Source: Candidatus Thorarchaeota archaeon (lineage in GTDB: Archaea; Asgardarchaeota; Thorarchaeia; Thorarchaeales; Thorarchaeaceae). Taken from it: a DNA stretch of 59,422 nucleotides. Position 1 is the first letter of the stretch. Each line of letters opens with the position of its first letter. The translations under genes were made by a program, and so were the position numbers. The stretch lies in contig JAEOUG010000068.1 of assembly GCA_016839445.1 (NCBI GenBank), forward strand, positions 1-59,422. Reading direction: 5' to 3'. This document shows positions 1 through 9,063 of this stretch, piece by piece. The notes beneath the pieces were generated by a model that saw only the letters and a program-made list of their open reading frames with translations, was not told where the DNA came from and did no database searches.

Positions 1-69
1 GGTATGAGCATGATGGGCGAGCTGAAGGCCCTTCTTGCCGCACGGAGAAGGAAGGCCGAAACTGGCTGA
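1..69 (+). CDS. C-terminal fragment of a gene truncated by the window edge; ends GMSMMGELKALLAARRRKAETG*, an Ena/VASP-FAB/WH2-like amphipathic basic helix
   Basis: Manual translation of frame 1 is open from base 1 to TGA at 67-69; it converges on the next gene's stop at 78. Not in the ORF track (too short). Confidence 0.6.
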   Translation, partial: GMSMMGELKALLAARRRKAETG

Positions 70-77
70 AGCAGCCC

Positions 78-746
78 TCATATGAGGGTCTCAACGCTAT
101 TCTTCCTATAGAAAGGACCGGCATGCTCCAGAGGCGCTACCATAAAGGCCTCCGCGCGGTCGGTCATGGCCTGGACACCCCGAAGTCTCGTTCTTGCATC
201 GTAGAGCTTCGCATAGAACGAACCAGCCTTTCCTGTTTGCGACCGGTGCTCGCTCAGGGCAGCCAAGGCGGAGTCATAGGTACCACTGATGTCGACCATG
301 ACATTGGGGTGCGGTAGTAACGAGTTGATCTCCATCTGATAGATGTTGTCAACGCGATGTGCGTCCTCGAACACAGTAACATGGGAAGCCCACTCAGCTG
401 CCTCCCGCACAATATCTGCACAGATTCTGTGGTTGCGATTGTAGTCAACTGGCGAATGCGTGATGATTGCTCGGGGCCGAGACTTGAGGATTGCACCGAC
501 GACTTCCTTGTTGAGGTCCATACTGACTGCGAAGTCATCTCGTTCGCTTAGGTAGAGACTACGTACCCCAAGGACGCCGCAGGCCGCCTTAAGCTCCTCA
601 TTTCGTGTTTCATTGCCTGTCATGCAGTGGACATCAACAGGGATACCCGCCTCGACATGCTTCCTGATTGTGCCTCCGGCTCCCAATGTCTCATCATCAG
701 GGTGGGCTACGACAACAAGGATCGTTCCCCTGTCACTGGTGGTCAT
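78..746 (-). CDS. bshB: PIG-L/LmbE-family deacetylase, probable GlcNAc-malate deacetylase BshB
   Basis: ILVVVAHPDDETLGAGGT motif; C-terminal VDIS..ALSEHRSQ and AEAF motifs; divergent from bshA-bshC. Start trimmed to ATG 746 (752 also possible). Confidence 0.8.
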   Translation of the reverse strand: MTTSDRGTILVVVAHPDDETLGAGGTIRKHVEAGIPVDVHCMTGNETRNEELKAACGVLGVRSLYLSERDDFAVSMDLNKEVVGAILKSRPRAIITHSPVDYNRNHRICADIVREAAEWASHVTVFEDAHRVDNIYQMEINSLLPHPNVMVDISGTYDSALAALSEHRSQTGKAGSFYAKLYDARTRLRGVQAMTDRAEAFMVAPLEHAGPFYRKNSVETLI

Positions 747-810
747 ATGCATATCAACGAGCACCGTGCTAATCAAAGTTTGGAACAGCGGCAAGCCCAG
801 ACCAAGTGGC

Positions 811-816
811 TTAAAG
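811..816 (+). promoter_or_regulatory. Candidate archaeal TATA box (TTAAAG) in the bshB/bshA divergent spacer
   Basis: TTAAAG about 35 nt upstream of the bshA GTG at 852. Confidence 0.35.
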
Positions 817-851
817 GGGATGAAGCAAGAAGCTCTGAAGAGGTCCCTTAC

Positions 852-2015
852 GTGAGGATTGGAGTCAATCTCTACCCTTCAGTCGGCGGCTCCGGGTACC
901 TAGCTACAAGACTGGGTCAACACCTTGCCGAGTTCGGACACATTGTCCACTTCATCACATACCAGCGACCCTTCTCGCTTATGTGGCAGCAGACCAAGGG
1001 AGTCTACGTTGATCTCGTCGACCGGTTCGACTACCCCCTATTCGCGGCAGTGGGGCCACCCTACACCATGGCGCTCACCTCCAAGATGGTGAAGGTCATA
1101 AACGACTCAGAGCTAGACCTCATCCACTCGCATTACGCAATCCCGCATGCGATGGCTGCCTACATGACGCGAGAGATAACTGGAACACCCTACGTTGTAA
1201 CCTTGCACGGCTCGGATGTTCACACCTTAGGTCAGGACCCAGCGTACAGACCAGTTGTAAAGCATACCGTGGAGAGGGCCAACTCTGTCACCGCAGTCTC
1301 TGAATTCTTGAAGAGGGCGGCGCAGGAAGACCTCGGTATAGAGAGAGACATACATGTCATTCCCAACTTCATTGATGTTGACAGTTTCAGGCGAATTCCA
1401 GGAGTGCGCCTGACCGTGGAAAGCGGTTGCGTGGCTCTGCGGGATGAAGAAGAGGCCCTTGAGATTAGCCCGGACGAGAAGATCCTGCTGCATGCCTCGA
1501 ACTTCAGGGGCGTGAAACGGGTTGTCCAGCTGGTTGAGGTCATGAGAGAGGTGATCAACCAACATCCACACACGCGTCTTGTGATTGCAGGTGATGGCCC
1601 GACACGAATTGAAGTAGAGAGGAAGATAGAGGAACTGGACCTCTGTAAGAACATCCATCTTCTAGGCGTGAAGAGCAACATGCAGGAAATCATGTGCTCG
1701 GCTGACGCCTTCGTCCTCAATTCGACACTTGAAGGAATGCCGCTGGTTCTGCTTGAGGCGATGTCATGTGGACTACCTGTGATTACCACTCCGGCAGGAG
1801 GGATTCCGGAGCTGGTACGAAAGGGCAAAGACGGTGCGGTCACAGAGGGATTTGAGAAGGAAGAGATGATCCGGACCATCATTGAGGTTGTGGAAGACGA
1901 GAAGTTGCGGAGGCAATATGCTACGTCCGCAAGGAAGAGGGTAGAGGAGTCTTTCTCAGTTGAGAAGATCGTTCCCATGTACGAGAAGGCGTTTGACGAG
2001 GCTCTTGGCAAGTAG
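852..2015 (+). CDS. bshA: N-acetyl-alpha-D-glucosaminyl L-malate synthase BshA (GT4)
   Basis: RIGVNLYPSVGGSG N-terminus, DLIHSHYAIPHA, VTLHGSD, HASNFRGVKRV and EGMPLVLLEAMSCG are hallmark BshA motifs. Start at GTG 852. Confidence 0.92.
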   Translation: MRIGVNLYPSVGGSGYLATRLGQHLAEFGHIVHFITYQRPFSLMWQQTKGVYVDLVDRFDYPLFAAVGPPYTMALTSKMVKVINDSELDLIHSHYAIPHAMAAYMTREITGTPYVVTLHGSDVHTLGQDPAYRPVVKHTVERANSVTAVSEFLKRAAQEDLGIERDIHVIPNFIDVDSFRRIPGVRLTVESGCVALRDEEEALEISPDEKILLHASNFRGVKRVVQLVEVMREVINQHPHTRLVIAGDGPTRIEVERKIEELDLCKNIHLLGVKSNMQEIMCSADAFVLNSTLEGMPLVLLEAMSCGLPVITTPAGGIPELVRKGKDGAVTEGFEKEEMIRTIIEVVEDEKLRRQYATSARKRVEESFSVEKIVPMYEKAFDEALGK

Positions 2016-2021
2016 AGGTTA

Positions 2022-3740
2022 TTGTCGATGACAAGCATCCACCAGGTATATCATGATTTCATCTGGAAGGCAACAGAGAGGGATCTTGCTGAGAGGCTCT
2101 ATGACACACCAATCACGACTCTGAACGGTCTCTATGAACGAGCCCCTCCGATAATTGAGGCGTACCGTGACTCCCTTTGGCACATACCCGATCGTATGAA
2201 GCTCGTGAAGCAAGAGATTACCAAGGCAAACAGCACCTTGGACTGTCTAACCTCGAAGGTAGCAGCCTCCATCGATATGCTCGAGTTCGGAGCTGTCGAA
2301 TCTGCCCATCAGGCAGTGGCGCTTGGGGGACCCGGGTACCTACTCAACAAGGCTGCAACTGCTACGAGGGTGTCGGCACTGACCTCGGAGAGGGGGGTGA
2401 GCCTGGCCGCCTTCTTCTGCGTGGCAGACTATGATGAAGTCCAGCCAGAACTCACGAACGTTCGCACACCCCTGATGGGGAGTGACGGCAATCTTGTCAG
2501 CATTCCTGTGCCTGAAGGCTATGAAAACTCACCAGTGAGCGTTCTCCCACTTCCCGAGAGAGACTGGTATCGGCAGGTCGAGGAAGACATACGTAACAAC
2601 TACCATCCCATGTTCAAGGTAGCAGATGGCCCAGCTAGGATTGTGTATGAGGAGCGTCTTGAACAGGCCCTCTCAATTGCGAGATGGGCGTTCATCAACT
2701 CTCAGACACTTGGTGAGTGGGCTCAAAGAATCCTCGCCCGCCTGTTCAATGTCGAAGGAAACCTCGGGATTCCGATAGTGCCTGCTTCGCAGCCTGGAAT
2801 AAGAGACCTCCTTGTGGAAGGTATGGAAATGCTGCTGGCCCGCCCGAACAGAGAGAGGCTTCTCCAGAGCTACGAAGAGGCCACTGCACTGATTGAGGGA
2901 AGCGGCTTTGAGCCGGGCATTGGGAATAGGAGACCTGACTATGTTCCCTTCTTCTACGAGTGTCCTGAGAAGGACTGCTTCAGAAGCAGGGTGGAACTTC
3001 ATTATGAAGAGAGAGGTACGGAGGTTTCACTTACGGGAAGATGCCCAATGTGTGGGCAGACAGTGGAAATCGAGACCTCTGCCGACAGCCCCTACTTAGC
3101 CGAGTTTGCCAGGGACATATCTCCTAGAGTAGATTCAAGGCAGCTCGTGGTGGACACGATAATTCCTGTTGTTGCTCATGTCGGTGGACCTGGAGAGACT
3201 GCCTATTATGCGCAGGTAATCCCAGGGGCAAAGGCAATTGGTGTTCCATTCCCCATGTTCATCAAATACCCAAGAGTCTACTTCAACACAGCATGGAACG
3301 AGAATCTGGGGAAGCACCTCGAGGAGAATCAGATAGAGGTCTTGCATGGCAAGGGTCTATTCAGTCTTCTGGGCAAGATTGCCAAGTTCCGAAAGAAAGA
3401 TCGGTTTGATGATATGAACAGCGCACTGGCAAGTCTGCATGATATGATTATGGAAACCCATGCCAGACTTAACGCTGAGCTCGAGGAGCGGGCGAAGACT
3501 ATTGGGGCGGCCCCCGACGATAAGGCCGAGAGCCTGAGAGGACTCAAACTCGACCTCGAGAGATATCTCAGCTGGGTATTCGGGCAGTATGCACCTGGAA
3601 AGATGGGACAGGAATCATCCTGGTCTTGGGTAGAGTATGCCATCAACTCAGGGTTTCCAGACCTCTTCGGGCCCTATCAGAGAGCCTACGTCGGTGAGAT
3701 GAAGAATGGTGCAACCTTGTTCGTCAACTTCTTCGTCTAG
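2022..3740 (+). CDS. bshC: Bacillithiol biosynthesis cysteine-adding enzyme BshC
   Basis: AVESAHQAVALGGPGYLLNKAAT (cf. VTGQQ..L.GP.Y...K), FFCVADYDEV, and VAHVGGPGETAYYAQ (cf. YVGGPGE.AY.AQ); about 570 aa with a C-terminal coiled coil; directly after bshA. Confidence 0.85.
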   Translation: MSMTSIHQVYHDFIWKATERDLAERLYDTPITTLNGLYERAPPIIEAYRDSLWHIPDRMKLVKQEITKANSTLDCLTSKVAASIDMLEFGAVESAHQAVALGGPGYLLNKAATATRVSALTSERGVSLAAFFCVADYDEVQPELTNVRTPLMGSDGNLVSIPVPEGYENSPVSVLPLPERDWYRQVEEDIRNNYHPMFKVADGPARIVYEERLEQALSIARWAFINSQTLGEWAQRILARLFNVEGNLGIPIVPASQPGIRDLLVEGMEMLLARPNRERLLQSYEEATALIEGSGFEPGIGNRRPDYVPFFYECPEKDCFRSRVELHYEERGTEVSLTGRCPMCGQTVEIETSADSPYLAEFARDISPRVDSRQLVVDTIIPVVAHVGGPGETAYYAQVIPGAKAIGVPFPMFIKYPRVYFNTAWNENLGKHLEENQIEVLHGKGLFSLLGKIAKFRKKDRFDDMNSALASLHDMIMETHARLNAELEERAKTIGAAPDDKAESLRGLKLDLERYLSWVFGQYAPGKMGQESSWSWVEYAINSGFPDLFGPYQRAYVGEMKNGATLFVNFFV

Positions 3741-5005
3741 AGTTCCTTTGACAGCAGATTCCCAAGCCTCTCGATCCCCTCAGAGATGATATCAGGTGGT
3801 GCATAGGAGAATCCGAGTCTCATTGTATTGTGCTCAGGAACACTGGGCACTACGTCGTCCTCCTCTACTGCGAGGGTATATCCCGTGATTGGATAGAAGG
3901 GTGCTCCAGGAACATACAGCAGGTCGTTCGGAATAGCCACCCGCTCCATGAACTCACCAGAGTCGAAAGACGGATCTTCGCTCTGCCACCAGATGAAGAA
4001 GCCACCAGTGGGGTCTGTTCTCTCTCCGGCGGGGAAGGAGGAGTCGATGGCCTTTGCCATAGCCTCATACCTCTTCTTGTACAGTGGTATGCCCTTCTTC
4101 ATGGCTGCGTCAATGTGCTCACGGTAATAGATATCGAGGATCCTCTGGACCAGTGTGGTCGTACAGAGGTCCAAGTAGCCCTTGTCCTTCAGCACCTGTT
4201 CACGTACCATGTCGGGCATCACAGAGTATCCTACTCGGAGTACTGCAGCCTCCTTGCTGCTGGTGCCAAGATAGGCGACACGTGTGTTCTCCTTGTCCAG
4301 AGTCTTGATGGGCTTGGGATTCTCCTTGAATTGAATCTCAGCATAAGCCGAGTCCTCAAGAAGGAGGATGTTATGATTCTCACAGATGTCGAAAAGGGCA
4401 CGCCTTCTGCTCATTGGGAGGGTGGTCCCCTTCGGATTGTCGGAATCGGGTACTACGTAGAGAAGGTCGGGGTTCTTGCCGAACTTTCTCTTAGAAATGT
4501 GAATCGCCCGTTCGACGTATTCAGGTACAATACCGTCTAGGTCTGTTGGTACAGTGAGAACGCGAGCTCCGAGCTTCACGGCTGGCACCAGGAATCCGAG
4601 ATAGGCAGGCGACGGAGTGATGATTACATCACCGGGATCAATCAACGTGTCGAGCAAGGCGTAGAGAGCTTGCTGCGAACCGTTAGTGATGGACACGCAC
4701 TCCCACTGCGACTCACAGTCGATGGGAATTCCTCGCACTTTGTGAAGTCTCTTTGCTAGGGTCTTGAGGAACCATGACTGACCTCCTGTGGGGCCGTAGT
4801 TGAGATCATCGAGAGCCATCGCTGGATCTGCAGCATACATCTCTCCAAGTTCACTCAGTATCTTAGCAAAAACATCAGTAGGCATGATACCGGGTTTGCC
4901 ACCAGCGAAGTAATACTTCACCTTGTACTTCAGGAGGGCGCGAATCTGGGACTCCTCTATGAAGGAGGTCCAAGTCGCAAAAGCATAGCCTCGTTCGTTT
5001 GCCAT
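3737..5005 (-). CDS. PLP-dependent class I/II aminotransferase (LysN/Aro8-like)
   Basis: FAGGKP, LNYGPTGG, ITNGSQQAL, DNPKGTT, LEDSAY, GTSSK (PLP lysine), MRLGFS. Confidence 0.9.
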   Translation of the reverse strand: MANERGYAFATWTSFIEESQIRALLKYKVKYYFAGGKPGIMPTDVFAKILSELGEMYAADPAMALDDLNYGPTGGQSWFLKTLAKRLHKVRGIPIDCESQWECVSITNGSQQALYALLDTLIDPGDVIITPSPAYLGFLVPAVKLGARVLTVPTDLDGIVPEYVERAIHISKRKFGKNPDLLYVVPDSDNPKGTTLPMSRRRALFDICENHNILLLEDSAYAEIQFKENPKPIKTLDKENTRVAYLGTSSKEAAVLRVGYSVMPDMVREQVLKDKGYLDLCTTTLVQRILDIYYREHIDAAMKKGIPLYKKRYEAMAKAIDSSFPAGERTDPTGGFFIWWQSEDPSFDSGEFMERVAIPNDLLYVPGAPFYPITGYTLAVEEDDVVPSVPEHNTMRLGFSYAPPDIISEGIERLGNLLSKEL

Positions 5006-5177
5006 CTTGTATCCGCAGCTCCAGGACGAGATATGGACACTTCTGTACATGACCTTGGTTGATTGTCCTTTATCTGTTTCTCAAGTTGGGTGGCTCTGGA
5101 CGCACTTCTTCTAGCTATGATGTACACAAGTGGACGTCTTGAATGCGCAAAAGGCACGGCTCTGAAAGGAGCCCAGA

Positions 5178-5972
5178 TTAGCGTGTTTCTGCGGCGATTG
5201 CCGCTGCCGCGGCTCTAGGGTCTGCAGCCTCCACGACGGATCTTGCAGCGATGACGAAGTCTGCTCCTGCATCCAGCGCTTCCCGGGCACTCCCGCCCTG
5301 AGCCCCCACACCGGGACAGAGGATTGGCACTTCTCCAGCGAGAACTTCCTTGATTTCCTGAATCTTCTCGGGTTGTGTAGCGCCAACAATGACTCCATCC
5401 ACACCCCACATCCTCGCCTTCTGAGCGAATTGCAGGTAGAGTGGCGTCGGCTTCTTCGTCTTGGGATCGGGAGTCGCGTAGAGGCCGTATCCCTCCCGAG
5501 CTCCCGGGTGAGACATGTAGCATAGGGTGATTATCCCGCGCTTCCGGTTCCTGCTCAGTTCAAGCGTGCTGTCGAGTCCTCCCTCGACGCCTACAAAGGG
5601 ATTCACGATTATTGCATCGAATCCAGCGTCGAAGTAGTATCTGGCGATTGTCTGGTTCGTGTTACCAATGTCGTTAATCTTGCAGTCCATTATGACTGTA
5701 GCTCCCTCGTCGTGAATCTTGTCGACTATGCGAGGAATGCCATCGAAAAGCCCCAGAGGGAGGACAAGGTGTCTGTTGATCTTGAACGCGACCGCGTGCT
5801 CTGCAGTCTGCGAGATGATTCGGAGTGAATCCTTCTCAAGTCGCTCCTTCTCAGCTCTCAGCACACCCGAGTCCTTGCTTGACATGTCTGCTCTCAGGTC
5901 CAATCCAACAATCAGCTTGCTCCTTCGCACGAAGCTTGCCGCAATCAGCTTTCGCTTGTACACGCAACTCAC
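5178..5972 (-). CDS. pyrF: Orotidine-5'-phosphate decarboxylase
   Basis: IVGLD, AFKIN, DCKINDIGNT (DxKxxDIxxT), VGAT, LCPGVGAQGG. Confidence 0.95.
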   Translation of the reverse strand: MSCVYKRKLIAASFVRRSKLIVGLDLRADMSSKDSGVLRAEKERLEKDSLRIISQTAEHAVAFKINRHLVLPLGLFDGIPRIVDKIHDEGATVIMDCKINDIGNTNQTIARYYFDAGFDAIIVNPFVGVEGGLDSTLELSRNRKRGIITLCYMSHPGAREGYGLYATPDPKTKKPTPLYLQFAQKARMWGVDGVIVGATQPEKIQEIKEVLAGEVPILCPGVGAQGGSAREALDAGADFVIAARSVVEAADPRAAAAAIAAETR

Positions 5973-6062
5973 TCCTCGAAACTGAACCCCGTGTTCCCGT
6001 TTCGTGCCACCTTCACACTACCAGCCAAATAAACTCTCGTTACGCCTCAATTCAGTGTAAAC

Positions 6063-6068
6063 TTATAT
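6063..6068 (+). promoter_or_regulatory. Candidate TATA box (TTATAT)
   Basis: AAACTTATAT about 35 nt upstream of TTG 6104 in the divergent spacer with pyrF. Confidence 0.4.
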
Positions 6069-6103
6069 CCGGCTTGACTCTGAGTCTGCGTGGAGAGGAA
6101 GAA

Positions 6104-7147
6104 TTGAGCCCCGATTGGATCATGACCAGACTGGCGGTAGTCCTCTTAGCTATCGTAGGGCCAATCTACTTCTTCCTCCTCATGCTTTTCGTGCCATTCT
6201 ATCTCCAACCCTTCGCAGACCCTCTTCTGAACACGTTCTTCCACTTCGTTGCCACACCAGTTGTGTTCTCAGCACCATGGATCGGATGGATATACTACAA
6301 GCGCTACAGGTTGGCGAACATGGTGCACATAATGGACGAGACCATAACGGCTGTGCCCCTTCGGTGGCGCGTGTTCTATGGAGCCAATGCCGCTTTCATC
6401 ATTGCGCTGTTCATTCTCCCAATGATCACTCCAATCTTGGCAATCATCGGGGGATTGGTTGTCGCAGGGCATGTCTTCTACAGAATCGGGATTGGGAAGC
6501 TTGGAGGTGGGAAGGCGGCTGCGTTCCTAGGTTTCTTCGTGGCTCTTGGTCTCTGCATTCTCCCTGCGCTCGTAATGATCGAGTTCATTCCTGGATATCT
6601 TCCTCTCTGGGAGAGAGTGCTTGCATCTTGGAACGACTTCTGGCTTGATGTTGTGTACGGCTTCGCGCAGTGCCTTGTGAACGCGCTGTCCTTTGGGGCT
6701 CCTGTCTACTTTATCTACTATGGAGCCCAGCAGTACGACAGAGGTCTCTATGGGGAAGTCTACACTAAGACGCCAACTCGCTGGATACGAGTTGCAGAAC
6801 TGCTGATCTTCGTCATCTTTCTAGTGATGTACCTACCCCCAATACCTACCACTCTTGGAGTAATTCCATTCTTGGACTTGTCGTTCCTGTTTACAGACTA
6901 CATCAACTGGATCTCCTTAGGCATTGTCGCCATCATGACTCTCATCAAGATGCGCCTAGGGGTAAAGGAGGATACGACGATGGGAGGATTCTCCAACATC
7001 CTCGTGATAGGTCTGTTTCTCGTTGTCGAGCTCTTCTTCAAGACCAATCTGCTTCTAATCACGGTAATCATCTGGCTCGCCTTCCTGATATACGGAGGCC
7101 TGGCTGCTGTCAGCTACTTCCGAGCATCGCCGGGTGAGATGTACTGA
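6104..7147 (+). CDS. Uncharacterised multi-pass membrane protein (~10 TM)
   Basis: Hydrophobic ORF; start at TTG 6104 or ATG 6122 (the upstream part of the track ORF overlaps pyrF). Confidence 0.75.
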   Translation: MSPDWIMTRLAVVLLAIVGPIYFFLLMLFVPFYLQPFADPLLNTFFHFVATPVVFSAPWIGWIYYKRYRLANMVHIMDETITAVPLRWRVFYGANAAFIIALFILPMITPILAIIGGLVVAGHVFYRIGIGKLGGGKAAAFLGFFVALGLCILPALVMIEFIPGYLPLWERVLASWNDFWLDVVYGFAQCLVNALSFGAPVYFIYYGAQQYDRGLYGEVYTKTPTRWIRVAELLIFVIFLVMYLPPIPTTLGVIPFLDLSFLFTDYINWISLGIVAIMTLIKMRLGVKEDTTMGGFSNILVIGLFLVVELFFKTNLLLITVIIWLAFLIYGGLAAVSYFRASPGEMY

Positions 7148-7270
7148 GGAAGCAGACTCAGCTGTCTTGCGGTAGTCAGTTCTACAGGTTTTTCGACCGG
7201 ATGCTGGAGTTTATGAGAGAAGCAGTGCGATATCTCCCAGCCGGAAGCACTCAAAGAGAAGTGAGATCCT

Positions 7271-9028
7271 ATGCGCAAGAGGTACATCGTCCTCATCGTT
7301 CTACTGGTGACTCTCTCGACCACTCTCTCTGTAGGGTGGTATGCTCGACGAGCGTATGGGGAGATTACCATAGAGAAGTATGACATCGTTCGCGGCAACG
7401 GGAGGGTAGTAAGCTTCAGGGTATACGCTCCGTCAGTCAACACCTATGGACAACCAAGACCAACAGTCTTGACGATTCACGGTATATCTGGGTCAGGAGC
7501 CATGATGGACCCCTTCAACATAGAACTAGCTAGGAGAAACTTCACAGTTGTTTCAGTGGATCTCACGGGGCATGGACGATCATCAGAAACCTTCGGATTC
7601 GATGCGTTCTTTGAAGCAGTCAACGACGCCTTTGAGGCAGTCAGGTATGTGCAGTTGAATGACCCCGAAACTCATGATACCATTTACGGAGTACTTGGTC
7701 ACTCTCTTGGAGCCGGGATTTCACTCTTCTTCGAAAACGTCAGCATACTACCTCAGAGCACTGTCATAATTGGAGGAGGTATGGGGGACCAGTTCGGAGG
7801 ACTAGAGCCTCCTATCAACGAGACCAGACCAAGAAACCTCCTTCTGGCGAGCGGAATCTTTGATGAGCTTGTTAGCCCTCAGACCGCCCTTAATACACTT
7901 CAGCAAGCCACCGGAGTCGCCTCGCCGAGTGCCGGCGTGACTTATGGCAACTTCACCGATGGAACGGCCCGTAGACTAGTCTTCAGTTTCACCAACCATC
8001 TCTTCGAAACATCAGACGCAAGAATCGTCACACAGTCAATAGATTGGCTAGTGCGAGCTCTTCAAGGAGAGGCTCAGAGAGAGGATGCAACTCTGAATCC
8101 TCAGCTTCATGTTTACCAGACGGTGGCTGTTCTTGATCTCATAGGAGCAGTGTCTTATGTGCTTAGTATGCTCCCCATTGTTCTAATCTCATACTCCCTC
8201 ATACCCAGGCATTTGCTACCACAGAGAATAGAGAAGTTCACAGAAGAACTTGACAAGAAACGAGGTATGAGATACAGCCTCTTTGTAGGCCTCTCAACGG
8301 CTCTACTCTTCCTTGTCGTTCTACTGATGGGATTCGGCTTCGAGTTCGGAGGCCTCATAGTCATTCCTATTTCGTTCGGTACTGGTTTGGTGGTCTACTC
8401 AATCGCATCGACGCTGTTTGTCTTCAGACTGTCTCGACGATACATTGACAATGAGAGCATCAGGTTGCTCACACCTGAGCTTCGGGATAAGAACACACGT
8501 GGCAGGCTGGACGAGCTGATCCGTGTAGGCATTGCGCTTGTACCTGCCTTCTCATGGATTCTTCTATGGTCTGCCATATCAAGATTGGGCCTTGATGTGG
8601 CTCCACCCTTCACATTCGCAATGGACAGTGGAGCAGCCATCCTCAGATTCGGATACTTCGTAGCATTGGTCTTTCTTCTTGTCCCTCTCTTCTACTCAGA
8701 TGCTCTCTGGCTGAACGCAACTACTGGCATTGTGAAGCCTTGGAGGGAAATCGGAGAGATGCTTGGGAGACTCGGGAGAGCGATGCTTAGCAGGTTGCTC
8801 GGGCTCGTCATCTTGATTGCAGCACTATACATCCCGTTTCTGATAGGAGCCCAGCTAGGCTTCATTATGTTCATTGCCCTTCTGATGCTGCCCTTCACAG
8901 TGATATTCGCCCTCACCACTCTCGTGACTGTGTGGGTAGGTGCAATAACAAGGAGCAACCTGACGGCGGCTTTCCTCAACTCAATCCTACTAGCTCTCGT
9001 GTTGGCAAGCACATTCCAGATCCTATGA
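7271..9028 (+). CDS. Membrane-anchored alpha/beta hydrolase with C-terminal multi-TM domain
   Basis: N-terminal signal/anchor, TIHGISG, DLTGHGRS, GHSLG nucleophile elbow, GIFDELV (Asp), TNHLFE (His), then ~8 TM helices. Confidence 0.85.
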   Translation: MRKRYIVLIVLLVTLSTTLSVGWYARRAYGEITIEKYDIVRGNGRVVSFRVYAPSVNTYGQPRPTVLTIHGISGSGAMMDPFNIELARRNFTVVSVDLTGHGRSSETFGFDAFFEAVNDAFEAVRYVQLNDPETHDTIYGVLGHSLGAGISLFFENVSILPQSTVIIGGGMGDQFGGLEPPINETRPRNLLLASGIFDELVSPQTALNTLQQATGVASPSAGVTYGNFTDGTARRLVFSFTNHLFETSDARIVTQSIDWLVRALQGEAQREDATLNPQLHVYQTVAVLDLIGAVSYVLSMLPIVLISYSLIPRHLLPQRIEKFTEELDKKRGMRYSLFVGLSTALLFLVVLLMGFGFEFGGLIVIPISFGTGLVVYSIASTLFVFRLSRRYIDNESIRLLTPELRDKNTRGRLDELIRVGIALVPAFSWILLWSAISRLGLDVAPPFTFAMDSGAAILRFGYFVALVFLLVPLFYSDALWLNATTGIVKPWREIGEMLGRLGRAMLSRLLGLVILIAALYIPFLIGAQLGFIMFIALLMLPFTVIFALTTLVTVWVGAITRSNLTAAFLNSILLALVLASTFQIL

Positions 9029-9063
9029 TTTCGAGGACTGCTGCAACTCAGAGTACGTGTAGG

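Noticed and set aside
627-851. 75-aa N-terminal extension of the BshA ORF
   Set aside because: It overlaps bshB on the opposite strand; homology starts at GTG 852.
1232-2038. 268-aa antisense ORF, and similar long shadow ORFs (3830-4540, 38671-39423, 25520-26134, 19833-20408)
   Set aside because: They lie antisense to well-supported genes, have Ser/Arg-rich non-protein-like composition and show no motifs.
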